Assembly: GCA_039621445.1 (NCBI GenBank)
Contig: CP154954.1
Span: forward strand, 47,471,847-47,535,846
DNA: 64,000 nt
Direction of reading: 5' to 3'
Source: Euglena gracilis
Lineage: Eukaryota
In this document: positions 32,801-64,000 of the stretch, piece after piece
How the letters are laid out: every line of letters begins with the position of its first letter
Numbering within the stretch: position 1 is the first letter of the stretch
The notes under the pieces: model-generated
What the model was told of the DNA's origin: nothing
The model's input: the letters and a program-made list of their open reading frames with translations, nothing else
Database searches by the model: none
Program-made: the position numbers and the translations under genes

Positions 32801-35800
32801 TTCAGTACACTTTTTTGTTTTTCTCATTGTTTGGGAACTTTTTTGTGATTTCCTCAGTTTTTGTGTTTTTTTTGCCCATTTTTTTGTGATTTCTTGCACT
32901 TTCTGAATTTTCCGAATTTTTGAAAATGACATTTTTCTGTGATTTATTTCGATGTTTCAGGGGTTTGCAGGTTGGTGGTGATGCAACTGTGGACATGAAT
33001 GGGTTTGCACCTCGCAGCTTTCCCCGGAGTCGGAGCTGGAACGGCTCCGCACGGCGCTGCAACAAAAGACCAGCCGCCTCGCTGAGGTCGAGGCCGCTCT
33101 GCGCCAGCTGGAAACGGAGCGCCGGGGTTGGCTGCAGAAGCGGGTGTGTCACCCACCCCAAGTTGCTTGCTGGGTTCATCCTACGAACAAATGCAGGCAT
33201 CCATCCCTTCATGAGCACATATACAGGCTCATACGCACATATGACGCACATATGCAGTGTGTAAAGAAATAAAATATTTTTATACCAAAATTTCGAGATT
33301 CCGAAATAATTGGGAAGTATTATGAAAGTAATTTTGTTGGAATGATTTTTATGGATTTTTGTTGTTTGGGATGATTCGGCTGACGAAAGACGACTTTTAG
33401 CTCTTTTTTTTTATAACGTTTTCCCCAAAGGGATTTGTTTTTTAACAGACGATTAGACACACAAACATGTTGGCACATCATCACATACATTGCAAGGATT
33501 CCCACAAGTTCGTGCCACGAATAATCATGAGTAATCACAAACCGGCACAAATTTGGTGATTTTCCAAAATCACGAATTTGCACGAATGACCACAAACAAC
33601 CCTGAATAATGAGCGAGCTTTTCTCTCTTTTATAAATCTGTTCCTCTGAATGTCCATCCATTTGATCCTCTGTCCCGGATCAATTTCCCTTGAAGGAAAA
33701 CAAACATGGACAAGAGGTGATAATTACTCTCCTCCAAGCACCGGCATTATTGGCCATTCCGGGCTATTTTTGTATCAGCTTTGAATTACAGTTATCTTGT
33801 GTCCTCCTTGAGCTTGACCGAGGCACCTACATCATCCTTCAGAAAATGATTTTCTTAGCTAAATTTTCGCAAAGTCCTCAAAAATATCAAAAAAATACTG
33901 GAAAATTGTGTTGTATTGCGAATGGGTATTGTTGTTTTGTGCAGGAAATAGGAAAACCCAGGCGCTTTTTTGGTAGCGCGAATAATCACAAATCAGAATT
34001 AAGGGCCGTCAGCACGAATTTGTGGGAATCCCTGTACATTGTTCTTTTCCAATACCAGGCCAGTTTTGGCTCGAATTGCAAAGCCGGAAGCCCCTCCCCC
34101 CCGGGCCGGCAGGACCAGCTGGAGAAGGCCCTGGAGGAGCACCGCCAGGCCCAGCAGGGGACCGTCTCCGTGGCGGAGTTCCAGGCGATGCAGCCCGGGC
34201 CGCCCCCTCCCACCTCCCCCCCCCCCCTGGGTGGGTCCCGCTGGCGACGCAGGGGGGGGGGGAGGCCCGTTGCCGGCTCAGCTGTCACAGGCCTGGGGGG
34301 AGAGGGACCTGGCCCGGGCCGGGTCCCCATCGACCCTTTGGCGAGAGTTACACTCTTTCAAGGACGGATCTTGCCCTTTTTTTGCGTCCCTGGAGTTTCA
34401 ATCCGTTTCTTTCAGTCAGTCTACAGGAGATATTTGAGAAGAAAGGGGTTGGTGACCTCAACAAAGAAGAACAAGAACTGAACTGAAGAAAGAGCTGTGA
34501 GAGTGTTTCTCTTTCTTGCCCATGGGTGGCCCAGCGTTAGCTGCCTTGGAAACGGAGACAGCAGCCCGCCATACTCTTCAGGCAGAATACGTGTGTCCTC
34601 TCAATCTGTGTCTCTGTGCGCTTCTTTGACAATCCCACACATTACAGCAAGACGTGAAAGAAAATGTATAGAAACAGCACCAAAGGGTGTTTGTCGGTGG
34701 AGGTAGTGTGATGTCTTAAAAATATCAGTGCATATGTTTCGGTTTCTGTGCAACAGCACCTCTCGCGGGAATGATTCCGTGATTTCAGGGCACCGCATCG
34801 TTTCATTGTCGCCATCGTCATCGCCGTTGGCATTTTGTACAATATTTCCCATGTTTTGTTCACTTCACGGAGTGTTGATGCACTCCTCCTCTCAGGACTT
34901 GTCGTATGGGAGGGTGGGGCTTCAACGGGTGCACTTTGCTTGGCCTCCCAATGCCGGCCGTCCCTGCAGCACGCTTTGGAGGAGCTGCAGCGAGGGGCTC
35001 AGCGGCCGGGGCAGTCGGTGGAGACGGCGGAGATTAAAGTGATCCCTCCCCCGGAGCAGGTGCTTTAACCCCCCCCCCCCAATATTGTGCACCATGATAA
35101 TTGCGAAAACCAGTACGTGTGCACCTGGAGGGCCTGGAACATCCTCCCTGGAAAGTTTTGCACCCAAAAAATTATAGCCATGAACACAATCCATCTTTTT
35201 TTCGGCGGCCAAGTTCAACAGTACCTCCCCTCCCCTTTGTCCAAGACACACCGTGTCGTTGACACCCCCCCCCCCCGTGTCAACGGCACTTTTCCAGAAC
35301 ACTAACTGACGTTATTCAATTGCAACCAAAAATGCATGATAATTGTGGTTTCTCCAATTTCAATTTTTTTCAAAGAAAAGTGACACCAATTTGAAACAGT
35401 CTTTGATGATCAAATGAACTGCAGGCCACCTATGCCAGATGTGTTTGTCAAAAGTTTCGCCACTGGTGGCGTGTTTTTTTGCCAAAACTTTTGCCACTGG
35501 TGGCATAATTTTATTTGTTTTATTGTTTTATTTGGCCACCGTAAGTTCATGATATAAAATGCTATGTTTTCGTCATTTTTTTGGTCCTGCAATGTATTAG
35601 TCAACTGAAATGGTATCTGAATCTGAAAAATTGTGAACCTTTTCACCCATCTTCATTATTCCCAATCCTCTTTAATTGTGATTTCAAGCAAACACATGAA
35701 GTTTTCTTGATCCGTTTGCTTGAAATCACAATTAAAGAGGATTGGGAATAGTGAAGAGTAGGTGAAAAGGATGTGGTTCGCAATTTTGTGTTGCTGTCCT

Positions 35801-36006
35801 GATAATTGCACACACCTGTCCCCGTTTTGATGTGTCGTTTAAACCCCCGGGGGGGGTATGCTGACAAAGGGGCCTGAAATTTGGTTTCTAGAAAGTGCAG
35901 ACCTCTCTGTATGGAACACGTGTGTGTTTTCTTTTATGTGCAAAGTACATAAATTTGTACTTTGGTAAATAAATAAATAATAATGATGCATAAATTTGTA
36001 CTTAAA

Positions 36007-36037
<31 letters not shown>

Positions 36038-36057
36038 GATATATATATGTGTGTGTG

Positions 36058-36115
<58 letters not shown>

Positions 36116-36938
36116 CGAGTGTTAAGGTTAGTACCCCCGGGGGGGTTCTAAACTTGACACCAGGTTGGGCAGGGGTTAGGGTTGGGGATAGGGTTAGGGT
36201 TAGGGTTAGGGTTAGGGTTAGGGTTAGGGTTAGGGTAACCCTTGCCCAAACTGGTGTCAAGTTTAGTACCCCCCGGGGGCAGGGTTCGATATAAGGAGGG
36301 CGTACATGGTTTAGGTGGGGGGGGGTGTCCCCCCCCCCCCCCCCCCCCCCCCTGCCCCCCAGGGGGGGGCCCGGCCCACCCCCCCCCCCCACCTGCAAGG
36401 GGGGTCCGGACCGACCCTCGGGGGCAAAAATTGACCCCCCCCAAAAGGGTCAATTTTTTCCTCCGGCGCTTCGCGCCGAAAATTTTTGGCATTTTTGGCA
36501 CATTTTTGCCCAAAAAGTGCCCAAAATGGCACTTTTGGTCGTTTTGGGGGGTCAAAAATTTTCGGCCCGGCGCTTCGCGACGGGCCGAAAATTCGGCCAC
36601 CCTGACCGCGCACCGGCTTCCCCTCCCCCCCCCCCCCCCCCTCCTGGCCCGCAGGGGGGGGTCCGGACCACCCCCCCCCCACCTGTCCTTATATCGAACC
36701 CTGCCCGGGGGTACTAAATTTAACACTTGCCATATATTTATATATATATATTATATATATATACGTTTTTATGGAAATGTGTATGCATGTATGGATGTGG
36801 ATATGTATGTCATGTATGTATGTATGTGTGTATGCATGTATGTATGCATGTATGTATGCAGGCATGTATGTATGTATGTATACATGTATGCATGTATGTA
36901 TGTATGTATGCATGTATGTATGCATGTATGTATGTATG

Positions 36939-36970
<32 letters not shown>

Positions 36971-39900
36971 TGTATGTATGCATGCATGCATGTATGTATG
37001 TATGTATGTATGTATGTATGTATGTATGTATGTATGTATGCATGTATGTATGTATGTATGTATGTATGTATGTACGTCTGTATAGATCAATACACCCATC
37101 TTCCCTGCCCTCCCCTCCCGGGCAGGCTGGTGGGCTGCAGCAGCTGCAGGAGGCGCTGCAGCGCGAGGCGGCTCGCTGTGCGGAGCTGCGGGAGCGGCTG
37201 GCGGCCGCGCAGGCATCGAGCACACTGGCCGAGGAGAGCCTCGCCAAGGAGCGTGAGGCCTGGAAGCGCAGTCAGGTTGAGAAGCGTAAAAATATTTCCT
37301 TTCTCAACAATCCCTGGCCTCATGTTGCCCAGAATTATGAAACACAAAAAAAAACGGGGTTGATACAACGCCCTTTTAAAGGCATTTCTAGTTCGTCTTT
37401 ATCAATTTCCGCGCACCTACGTGTTTTTAAAGGGTAATAATTTTTATTGCACCTTCGTTTTGCATCATACAGCCCCCCCCCATTCAGTTATGTTTACAAA
37501 ACCCCAAGACCCATTATACTCCCCCTCATTTCTAGCCCACTTCCCCCAAATTTCCAGCGCTCTGCCCCGCGAATTTTCGAGGTGGGCTACTCCTGATGCA
37601 GCATTCGGCCCTCTCCAGCTGGTCCCACCGCTGGTCTTTTCTGTTCCGGGCCACGCTCCGCCTCTTCCGCCGAACTGTGTTCTCCCCCGCCCCCCTGTGC
37701 CGCAGGAGGCGATGCAGCAGCAGCTGCAGCAGGCGCTGCGGCAGGGCGGGCAGTGGGCCGGGGCGGACGAGCAGCTGCGGGCGATGAAGGCGGAGCTGGC
37801 GCTGCGGGAGGAGGAGTTCGAGAAGAAGCGGGACGCCTGGCTGTGGGCCAAGGTGTGGGGCGGCCGGGCGTCCAGCCGTCTGTCCCACTGGAGGGCTTTC
37901 GCCCGTCCCTTGCGACGGAGCTGCTTTTGCTTCCCGCTTGCTAAAACCTGGAGTGGTGGAGTAAGTCGACGGGAGTTCGAGTGCTCAAATTGATGCAGAG
38001 GAGTATTCGGCAGGTTCGGGTGACATTTTTATTTAGGTCTAAGTTTAGGCCTCAATTGAGGTCTAAGTTTTGTCAATTTCGTGCTAAAAATATTAGCTAA
38101 ATTTTGGCTTGACCTGAGGCGAAAATTGTTACCCTCACCCTATGTCCAGCCCAGCTTCGCTGGGCTGCAAAAGTTTTATTGCCGCTCAACCCCGCCAGGG
38201 GGGTCTGCAGCGTGGCTGGGAGCTGCTGGCTGGCTGGCTGGAATAAGGTGCTGGCTGGCTGGACCCAGGGGTGGGGGTAGGGGTTCGATAATAGGAGGGT
38301 TTGTGGGGTTTAGGTCGGGGTGTCCCCCCCTCCTTGACCAGAGGGGGGGGTTGGACCCCCCCACCTGCCAAGTTGGTCTGGACCAACCCCAGGGGGGGGG
38401 GGGGGGTGCCCAGGACCCCCCCCCCCCAAAAGGTGAATTTCTTTCCTTCTGGCGCTTTCCGCCGAAAATTTTTAGCGTTTTTGACAAATTTTTGCCCAAA
38501 GGCCCGACAAGGCACTTTTGGCCGTTTGGGGGGGGGGGCTGAAAATCTGTCACCCAGACCACGCCACTCAAGGTTGGGTTTTGTTTTTGTATTTTTGGGG
38601 GGGGTCCCAAAATCGGCCCAAAATTTTTGGGGGGTACCCAAAAATCAAAATTTTGGGTCTCCATTGACGATGAGAGACAACCACGGGAAACAATGGTCGA
38701 CATCCACCAAATCACAAAGGGGCTTGTCGCTCAGAGTTGTCCTGAACACTCCCCGCCTGCTTGAAACGCTTTCTGGCGTTTTTTTTCAATAGTCAGACCT
38801 TCCCCCACCCAGTTAGTCCAGTTAGTTTAGTTTGTACAATTTTGGATGCTGAATTTTTGGGGGGCACAAAGCCTTTCAAAATGCCGAGACATGTAAACCC
38901 CCCCAAATAATACCCCCGGGGTATTATTTTTTTGCCCGAGGTCCCGGCCCGAGGGGGGGGTATTATTTGGGGGGGGTATTATTTCCCAAAATTTTCCGAA
39001 ATTTTTCGAAGTTCCGTAGGAGCAAAAATAGCGCCAAAACCCCCCTTTGGGGTCATTTTTTGTTCTTTCTCATGAAATCTAGCATTTATTTGGAGGCCAG
39101 ATGATCCAGAAAAATCGATTTTTTTCGTACTTTGTAGTCAGAGATTGTGATTTTTACCTACATTTTCAGGTCAATGGTTCGATTCCGGCTGCAGCCCCAG
39201 GGATTATTCAAGGCCGCACCCCCGGGGGGGAGGGGGGGGTTGGGGTGGGTCCGGCCGGACCCCCCGGGGCCCAGAGGGGGTTGGGATATACTTTTTGGCG
39301 CCGCAGGCGCAGAAAATTTTGAAAAATGGCTTTTCTTGGCCAAAATCGGCCTTTTCCCAAAAATACAAATTTTTGGTGTTTTTTGGGGGGTACCCAAAAA
39401 ACAAAAATTGGGGGGGGTGCCCAAAACCCAACCTTGCGCCACTTTTTAGGTGGGGGTCCCCCTGCTGGACCGGAGGAGGGTCCGACCCCCCCCCCTTGTA
39501 TCAAAGCCTGGCTGTACCGGGCTGGAACTGGTCAGCCATCAGCCTGTTCCAGCCAGCCCAAATCTTCCACCAACAAAGCCAGTTGATTGACTGGTGAATT
39601 GACTGGTCAGAACCCCCCACTCTGATGTTTGGGGCCGCCCCTCCCCATTGACAAGGGAGAGAATTTTTTTTCCTTTGCAGCTGCCCGAAGGCTGGCTGGA
39701 CGGTGACGTATTTTCGGTTTTTGGAGGTGCCAAAATGAGAGGGAAATGGGCAAAACAGGCCAGAATCGGGCTGGCCAGAGCAAATTTTGGGCAAAAAACT
39801 TGAATTTTGCACAATTGATTTTTTTGTTGTTGTTTTTTGCAGTTTCGATTGTTTGGCACCTGGTTTGACCCCCAGTTGGGCCTGGTTCCAGCCAGGGGAC

Positions 39901-40810
39901 AACCAGGGTCGGGTCAAAAATTTGGCTAAAAAAAAAAATCCAACCCAGCAGGATTTGGGCTGGTTTGCCTGTTTCCAGTACCTGCTGGGTCCAGCCTGGC
40001 ATCCGGTAGGAGCCACCCCCCATTAACCCCCTACGCCCTGTGGGGGGGGTCCAGCCAGCATCTTTTTTCCACCCATTACATTTTTCCAGCCAGCCGGCTG
40101 GACCCCCCCCCTTAGGGGTCCTTTTCCTTGATCTGTTGGCATGTTTGTGACGATTGGAGACCATTCCTGCACCATTTGTGTGCAGGCGTGCATCATACCT
40201 CTGCCCCGTTTAATCGGGGTTCAGCCAGTTGCCCTGTCGACTAGTCAACCAACTAGTCGGTCAACTCCGGGGGGGGGGGGACTTGGATGGGAAAAATTGT
40301 TGTGGGAATAATTCTGGACGAAATTTTGTCCAGGATTTCTCCCTCCATTTTTAAGGATCCATCCAGGTTTTTTCTGGCAAATTTGAGAAAAATCTAATTT
40401 TCTCCAGTGAACACCCAAAAATTTTCTTCGGCGCTTTGCGCTGATTTTGGAGCATATTTGCGTTCCAAATCCCTTGTTTAGAATGTCATCAGTAATCCTT
40501 CAAAATGAAAGAATGTGTTGTTTTTTTTTGCGTCGTTTTGTTTTTTGAAGTTTCGCATTTTATTAGCTTTTGAACTTTGGATCTGTGGAAACCGGGTTTG
40601 GTGCACATTCTCTTGTATTACCCTGAAAAATGGGTTCACGAGATTTTTTCGTGCATTTTTTTTTTAATTTTTTCCCGTCCATAAGTGGGCGTCCAGATTT
40701 TTTATTGGCGTTTTATAAGTTCGTCCAATAGTTTTCCCGACAGCATTTTTCCCGTCGGCAATTGTAACCAGCCAGATATTTTCCCCCGGTGAACACTCTG
40801 ATGAAAGCAC

Positions 40811-40893
<83 letters not shown>

Positions 40894-42534
40894 TATATAT
40901 TATATCTTACACAAGGGTTTCTTTTTCTTTGGGGCCCTCCAAGCAGTTGCACACAAAAGAAATTGAAAATCGGTCGACTGACCGTCGACTGGTCGATAGG
41001 GCAACTGGCCAGTCGATCGACTAGTGGATGGACTAGCCAGTGGCCCAACCACTGTAAGTCGTTGAGCCGGGAGGGGGGGGGGCTGGAAAAAGGCTGCTGG
41101 CTGGCTGGACCCGGGCATTATCTTTTAAGGCGGATTTTTTTTTAAAAAAAAGTTTTTTTAAGGCATTTTCAAGGTGTCTATTTTCCAAGGGGAGTCAAAG
41201 AGTCTTCCGGGCATCGAGCCAACGTCGGTCCAGGTTGAAAATCAAAAAGGTTCAAAAAACAAATTGAGTTTTTTTTGAGTTTTGGGTGGGTTGACAATGT
41301 TCCAGCGATGCCAGAAACTATTTTTTTCCCCGGAGTTGACTTGTTTTTTGCCGAGATTTTTCAATTTATTTCTTTGCTCGAAATTCGTAATTTTTCTGGG
41401 ACGAATTTTTAAGGTTTATTGAGGGGTTTAAAGGCATTGTGGCAAATTTTTAAACGTATTTCTGAGGTTTTTAAGGTTCCTTAAAAAATAATGCCTGGCT
41501 GGACCCCCCCAGGGGGATGGGCTCATTTTTTTTTGAAGCAGCCCCCCTGATGACGAGTGTGAACTCGCAGGCACACAGGTATGGGTGTGTGTCCGACTGT
41601 GGCCCCAGGCTTTTTCTCCGCATGGATCACAGGGGAGAGGCCCACAGCAGTGCGCCACAACACAACACAACACAACACAACACAACACAACACAACACAA
41701 CACAACACAACACACAACACACCACAACACAACACAACACAACACAACCCAACACAACACAACACAACACAACGCATGCCCATCCACCTGTGCATCCACC
41801 CCTTTCACCCCTTTGTGTGAGGTTCATTGTCGGTTCTGTCCCCAAATGATAAACTCCCAAATGAGAACCCTGAATCAAATAAGAATCGGGATCAAATTTT
41901 TTCCTATCTTGCCAACGGAATTGGTGGCAGCGATATTTCGACAGAACAGACAATTTCTGGCAATCAAACAGTTTTGATGACATAAAACCTGAGCCTCTGA
42001 GATGCCCCCCCCCCCGGGGTTTGGTAAGTGATGCCGTGTTTGTGAGTTTGTCCTCTGACACATTGCTTTGGCCAACAAGGCCGTCCTTGCTGCCGCCCAC
42101 CACCACGTTTCGCCACGGAGCCCCCCCCCCAATCCGCAGGCTAACTCCCAGGCCACGCTGGCCGCGGACCGGCAGACGCTGACGACAGAGCAGGAGGCGC
42201 TGGGGCAGGAGGTGGCGATGCTGACGGTGGCCCTGACGGAGCTGCAGCGGGAACGGGAGACGCTGCAGGAGCATTATGTTCAGCTGCAGGGGGAGAAGGT
42301 GTGTGGGCGTTGGCCCGGCTCCGAGCCTGGTCCGATCAGTGGCTGCGCCGAGACGTCCGGCTGCTTGCCCCGGTGGAACGGCAGCATGATGCAGTTGGAT
42401 TTGGGTTATGGCGCTTGTGTGTTTGGCAATTGGTGAGGACGGCGTTTCCCTGGCATTTCTTTCTGTTTCCATCTCCGCCACACGTATTTTTCCCAACCAT
42501 TTTCTACGTGTTTTGTTGCCGGCAGGGTCAGTGA
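29895..42534 (+). CDS. Multi-exon coiled-coil protein of unknown function (N-terminal exons uncertain)
   Basis: Exons 33018-33143, 34113-~34184, 34970-35059, 37126-37275, 37706-37852, 42140-42298 and 42526-42534 (GQ*) are all phase 0, AG/GT bounded except the unresolved 34184 donor, and rich in E/Q/L/A/R heptads. Upstream candidate exons: 29895-29977, ~31146-31290 and ~31700-31886. Confidence 0.72.
30065..30590. mobile_element. MITE with (TTCCGCAAT)n repeats and 7-bp TSD ccttttg
   Basis: cagggg...gaaattgatatc / gatatcaatttc...ccctg. Confidence 0.8.
36175..36236 (+). repeat. Interstitial (TTAGGG)n telomeric repeats
   Basis: Seven perfect TTAGGG units plus degenerate ones, lying between inverted aaacttgacacca/tggtgtcaagttt arms. 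Confidence 0.85.
36280..36703. mobile_element. MITE (cagggttcgatataagga TIR) with perfect 8-bp TSD cccggggg
   Basis: TIR and TSD are both visible. Further copies at 47231-~47621 and 49562-49968. Confidence 0.9.
36780..37075. repeat. (TATG)n microsatellite
   Basis: Directly visible. Confidence 0.95.
40810..40904. repeat. (TA)n microsatellite
   Basis: Directly visible. Confidence 0.95.
41656..41772. repeat. (CACAA)n microsatellite
   Basis: Directly visible. Confidence 0.95.
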
Positions 42535-44958
42535 GTGGGCACAGCCTGGCAGTACGAGCACGTCTCGTTTATCGATTGCGTGGCTCGAGGTGGATGCCCG
42601 TGCCATCCCGGCTCCGTCCTCCCTGGCCGCTGCCCCGCTGGCAGGCGGTGATGCAAGGGGTTTTTTTTTGCCAAGGAACACCACGAGTGATAATGGAAAC
42701 AATTGTGAATGTCGATGCTCACCTGTTTTTTTTTAAAGTCTGAAGACCCCCCCCCCAGACCAGGGTTTCTTCTCGAAGCGCCAAAATTTTTTTTGGGAAA
42801 CGGTTTCAGACGGCCTGTTTTTTGGGGGGGTCCATGCCGGGCTGGGTGGGTGAGGAGACCCGGGGGTCTTAAAAAGAGTCCTAGTGGGCATATCTTCAGG
42901 ATGGCCAGATTCGACCAAAGCGACACAAATCGTCAAGCAAAGCTATTTTTTTTTTATTTGGAATCTGCACTGAATGTTCTGTGGCAGATTGACCAAGAAT
43001 TTGATAACCAAAAATTGCAGACCCACGGCCACGGGGTTTCAATATGGAAACAACAGTGGGTGTCAATTTTGGGCTTCCAGAGTTTTTTCGGTGCTTTGTG
43101 CAAAAAAAAAAAGTGACTGACTTGTTTTTTGGCCCGAGACCCGGGGGGGGTCGGCCAGGAGTGGGCAAAAGTGGCTTGAGTGACCCCGGCGCCAAAGGCG
43201 CCGGAAAATTTTTTGGGTCTAAAATGGCCTAAAGTGACTGGAAAATGGTCGTTTTTCTGAGTGACCGCAGGGGGAGGGAAAAAATGCAACTTGCACAATT
43301 TGCATTTTTTTGCATAATCGGGTTTTTCCGGAATTTGCATTTTTTTGCATTTTTTTGCATTTTTTTGCATAAAATATTTTGACCCGGAATTTTTTTTTTG
43401 TAGTTGGTCGCCATATGTTTGCATTTTTTTGCATTTTCTTTGCATTTTTTTGCATTTTTTGCAAAAAATATTTTGTCCTGGAAAACTTTTTTGCAGTTGG
43501 TCGCCAATGTCATGTTTTGTCTCTGGTCCCTCTGCAGTTGCCTGGGGTTTTTGTGGTCTCAGTGCTTGCGTTGTCTTCCAGGAGGTCTTCTTTGTGAATC
43601 ATTGACAGGTATACACCGGCATTATCACATGTCTATGGATTATTGGCAGCAACTCTGTTACATTCCAGCCTTTTCTCAGGGTTTTCTCAGGGTTTTTTGC
43701 AAGTTGCATTTTTTTGCATTTTTTGCATTTTTTTTGCATTTTTTTGCATTTTTTTGACTTGCATAATTTGAAGGGCCAAGTTGCATTTTTCCCTCCCCCC
43801 TGGTGAACGACCCCCCAGGGGGGGGAATGACTGGCTGGTTTTCCGAAAATGGGTGACTGACTGGTTTTTTTTAAAAAGTGGAGTGAAGCCCCGGGGGGGG
43901 GGGTCGGTAAAAAATTGTATGGTCAGAAGCCACTCTTAGTATTTTCACTCAAGCATCAGGAGATGTCCCGGACAACAATGTGCAATTTGGCATGCCCAGG
44001 TGTGATTGAAGTGAACTCCCACCAGGCTTCTTCAGGAAGTGCGCATCCCGCCCCTGCCCCCGGGGGCAGGCAGGGACGGGGGCATTTTCAACCCCCCCGG
44101 CAGGAGGGGGGGGTTGGGGTGGACAGCAGACCCCCGACACCAAAAGCACAAGGGTCCAAAACCGACCCCCCCCCCCCCGGTGTGTGCCTGCTCTGGGCAG
44201 GGACCCCATGGGACAAGCCACCCCCCTGGGTTGGTCAAAAAGAAGCCTGACCCCCACTCTAACCAGAACTGGCCAAAAGCAGGGGGGGGAATGCAACTTG
44301 CATAATTTGCATTTTTTGCATTTTTTTGCATAAAATATTTTGCCTTGGAATAAAATTTTGTAGTTGGTTGCCGTATGTTTGGATTTTTTTGCATTTTTTT
44401 GCATTTTTTACATAAAATATTTTGCCCTTGAAAAAGATTTTGTAGTTGGTTGGCATATGGTTGTATTTTTTTGCATTTTTTTTTCGTTTTTTTGCATAAA
44501 ATATTTTGTCCCGGATTTTTTTTTTGATTTTAGGCTCTGTCATATTCCAGCTTTTTCTCAAGGTTTTCATGCAAGTTGCATTTTTTTTGCATTTTTTTGC
44601 ATTTTTTTTACTTGCATAATTTGAAGGGCCAAGTTGCATTCCCCCCCCCCCCCTCTGCCAAAAGTGCCCATCTTTTACCGTGTTTGGGTTTTTTTTTGGA
44701 ACACATAAGGCCAAAAATGCATTAAAAGTGTCATTTCCACCTTGATAAGCAGAGCCAGAGGAAAGATTTTTTCCCCAGTAAAGGAGGGGGGGGGCGGTTC
44801 CCCCCCGGGGGGGGACCCGGTTCAGTTTTTTTCCTTCAGAATTTTTCCAGTGTCTGGCAAATGGCCAGCCAGTGGCCCCCTGGGGTGCTTTATAAACAAT
44901 TGCCTGGTCTCAGATCAATGTTTGCCACTTTTGATATGATTGCACAATCTCCTCACAG

Positions 44959-63616
<18,658 letters not shown>

Positions 63617-64000
63617 GCGGCTGGCCCGCTGTGTTTCCGCATTTCACTTTCAACCCGCTGTCTTTCACACTCGGCTTTTCCACGCCTTTCTGGAGACCAA
63701 CCACCAAGTGAGTTTTCCAGTGGTGTGCATTTTCCACACGGTTGTTTGCAGTTGTGTGGTTTGGAAGCGCTGACAAAAGCCCCAACTGCTTTGGGGCAGG
63801 GTGGGGAGGCTCAACAGGAGCATATGTGCGGGTCAGCGGTCAGGCCAAGAAGAGGGAAAAGAGCCAGAGAGAGGCATCACAAGCACATCAGGATTTGTAA
63901 AAGGAGTTTGGGTCCCCTGCCCCAGGACACACTGGCAAACGTTCTTTATGATGTTTGCTCTTATTCCTGGGAAGATACTGGCAGTCCGAAGTTCAGTGGC

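Noticed and set aside
34427-34486. Candidate exon EIFEKKGVGDLNKEEQELN
   Set aside because: It runs into a stop codon and has AT-rich codon usage unlike the neighbouring exons.
36175-36236. True chromosome end
   Set aside because: The array is short and internal, within an intron and flanked by gene exons on both sides.
36242-37363. 373-aa ORF, the longest in the track
   Set aside because: It is a chance read-through of a MITE and (TATG)n; the real exon 37126-37275 is in a different frame.
43540-43585. Possible stop-transfer exon LPGVFVVSVLALSSRR for the PsaD presequence
   Set aside because: It is phase-compatible with the 44026 micro-exon but lies inside a MITE (43268-43802) and the hydrophobic stretch is short; unsupported without cDNA.

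Overview
Intron-rich, MITE-saturated eukaryotic nuclear DNA, most consistent with a photosynthetic euglenid (Euglena-like). It mixes GT-AG introns with euglenid nonconventional stem-forming introns (CAG at +4..+6, CTG 5-6 nt from the 3' end), carries TTAGGG repeats, and encodes a nuclear photosystem I gene. I rebuilt four + strand multi-exon genes by hand: (1) an EF-hand protein with an unidentified C-terminal domain (3670-17249); (2) a divergent PCNA-like sliding clamp (18802-26605); (3) a coiled-coil protein (about 29895-42534); (4) a psaD locus (44959-63616) that reads as a polyprotein, linker - divergent truncated PsaD-like unit - linker - complete cyanobacterial-type PsaD. Introns and spacers hold many short non-autonomous TIR elements, microsatellites and a DIRS-like reverse transcriptase (RT) relic. 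Several TIR elements end CAG...CTG with 8-bp target-site duplications (TSDs), which matches the 3+5 nt offset of the nonconventional intron ends. Two introns keep degenerate 8-bp repeats at exactly those positions, suggesting a MITE-to-intron continuum. Gene models come from reading frame and splice-site logic only and have no transcript support. Most ORFs in the six-frame track are repeat artefacts.
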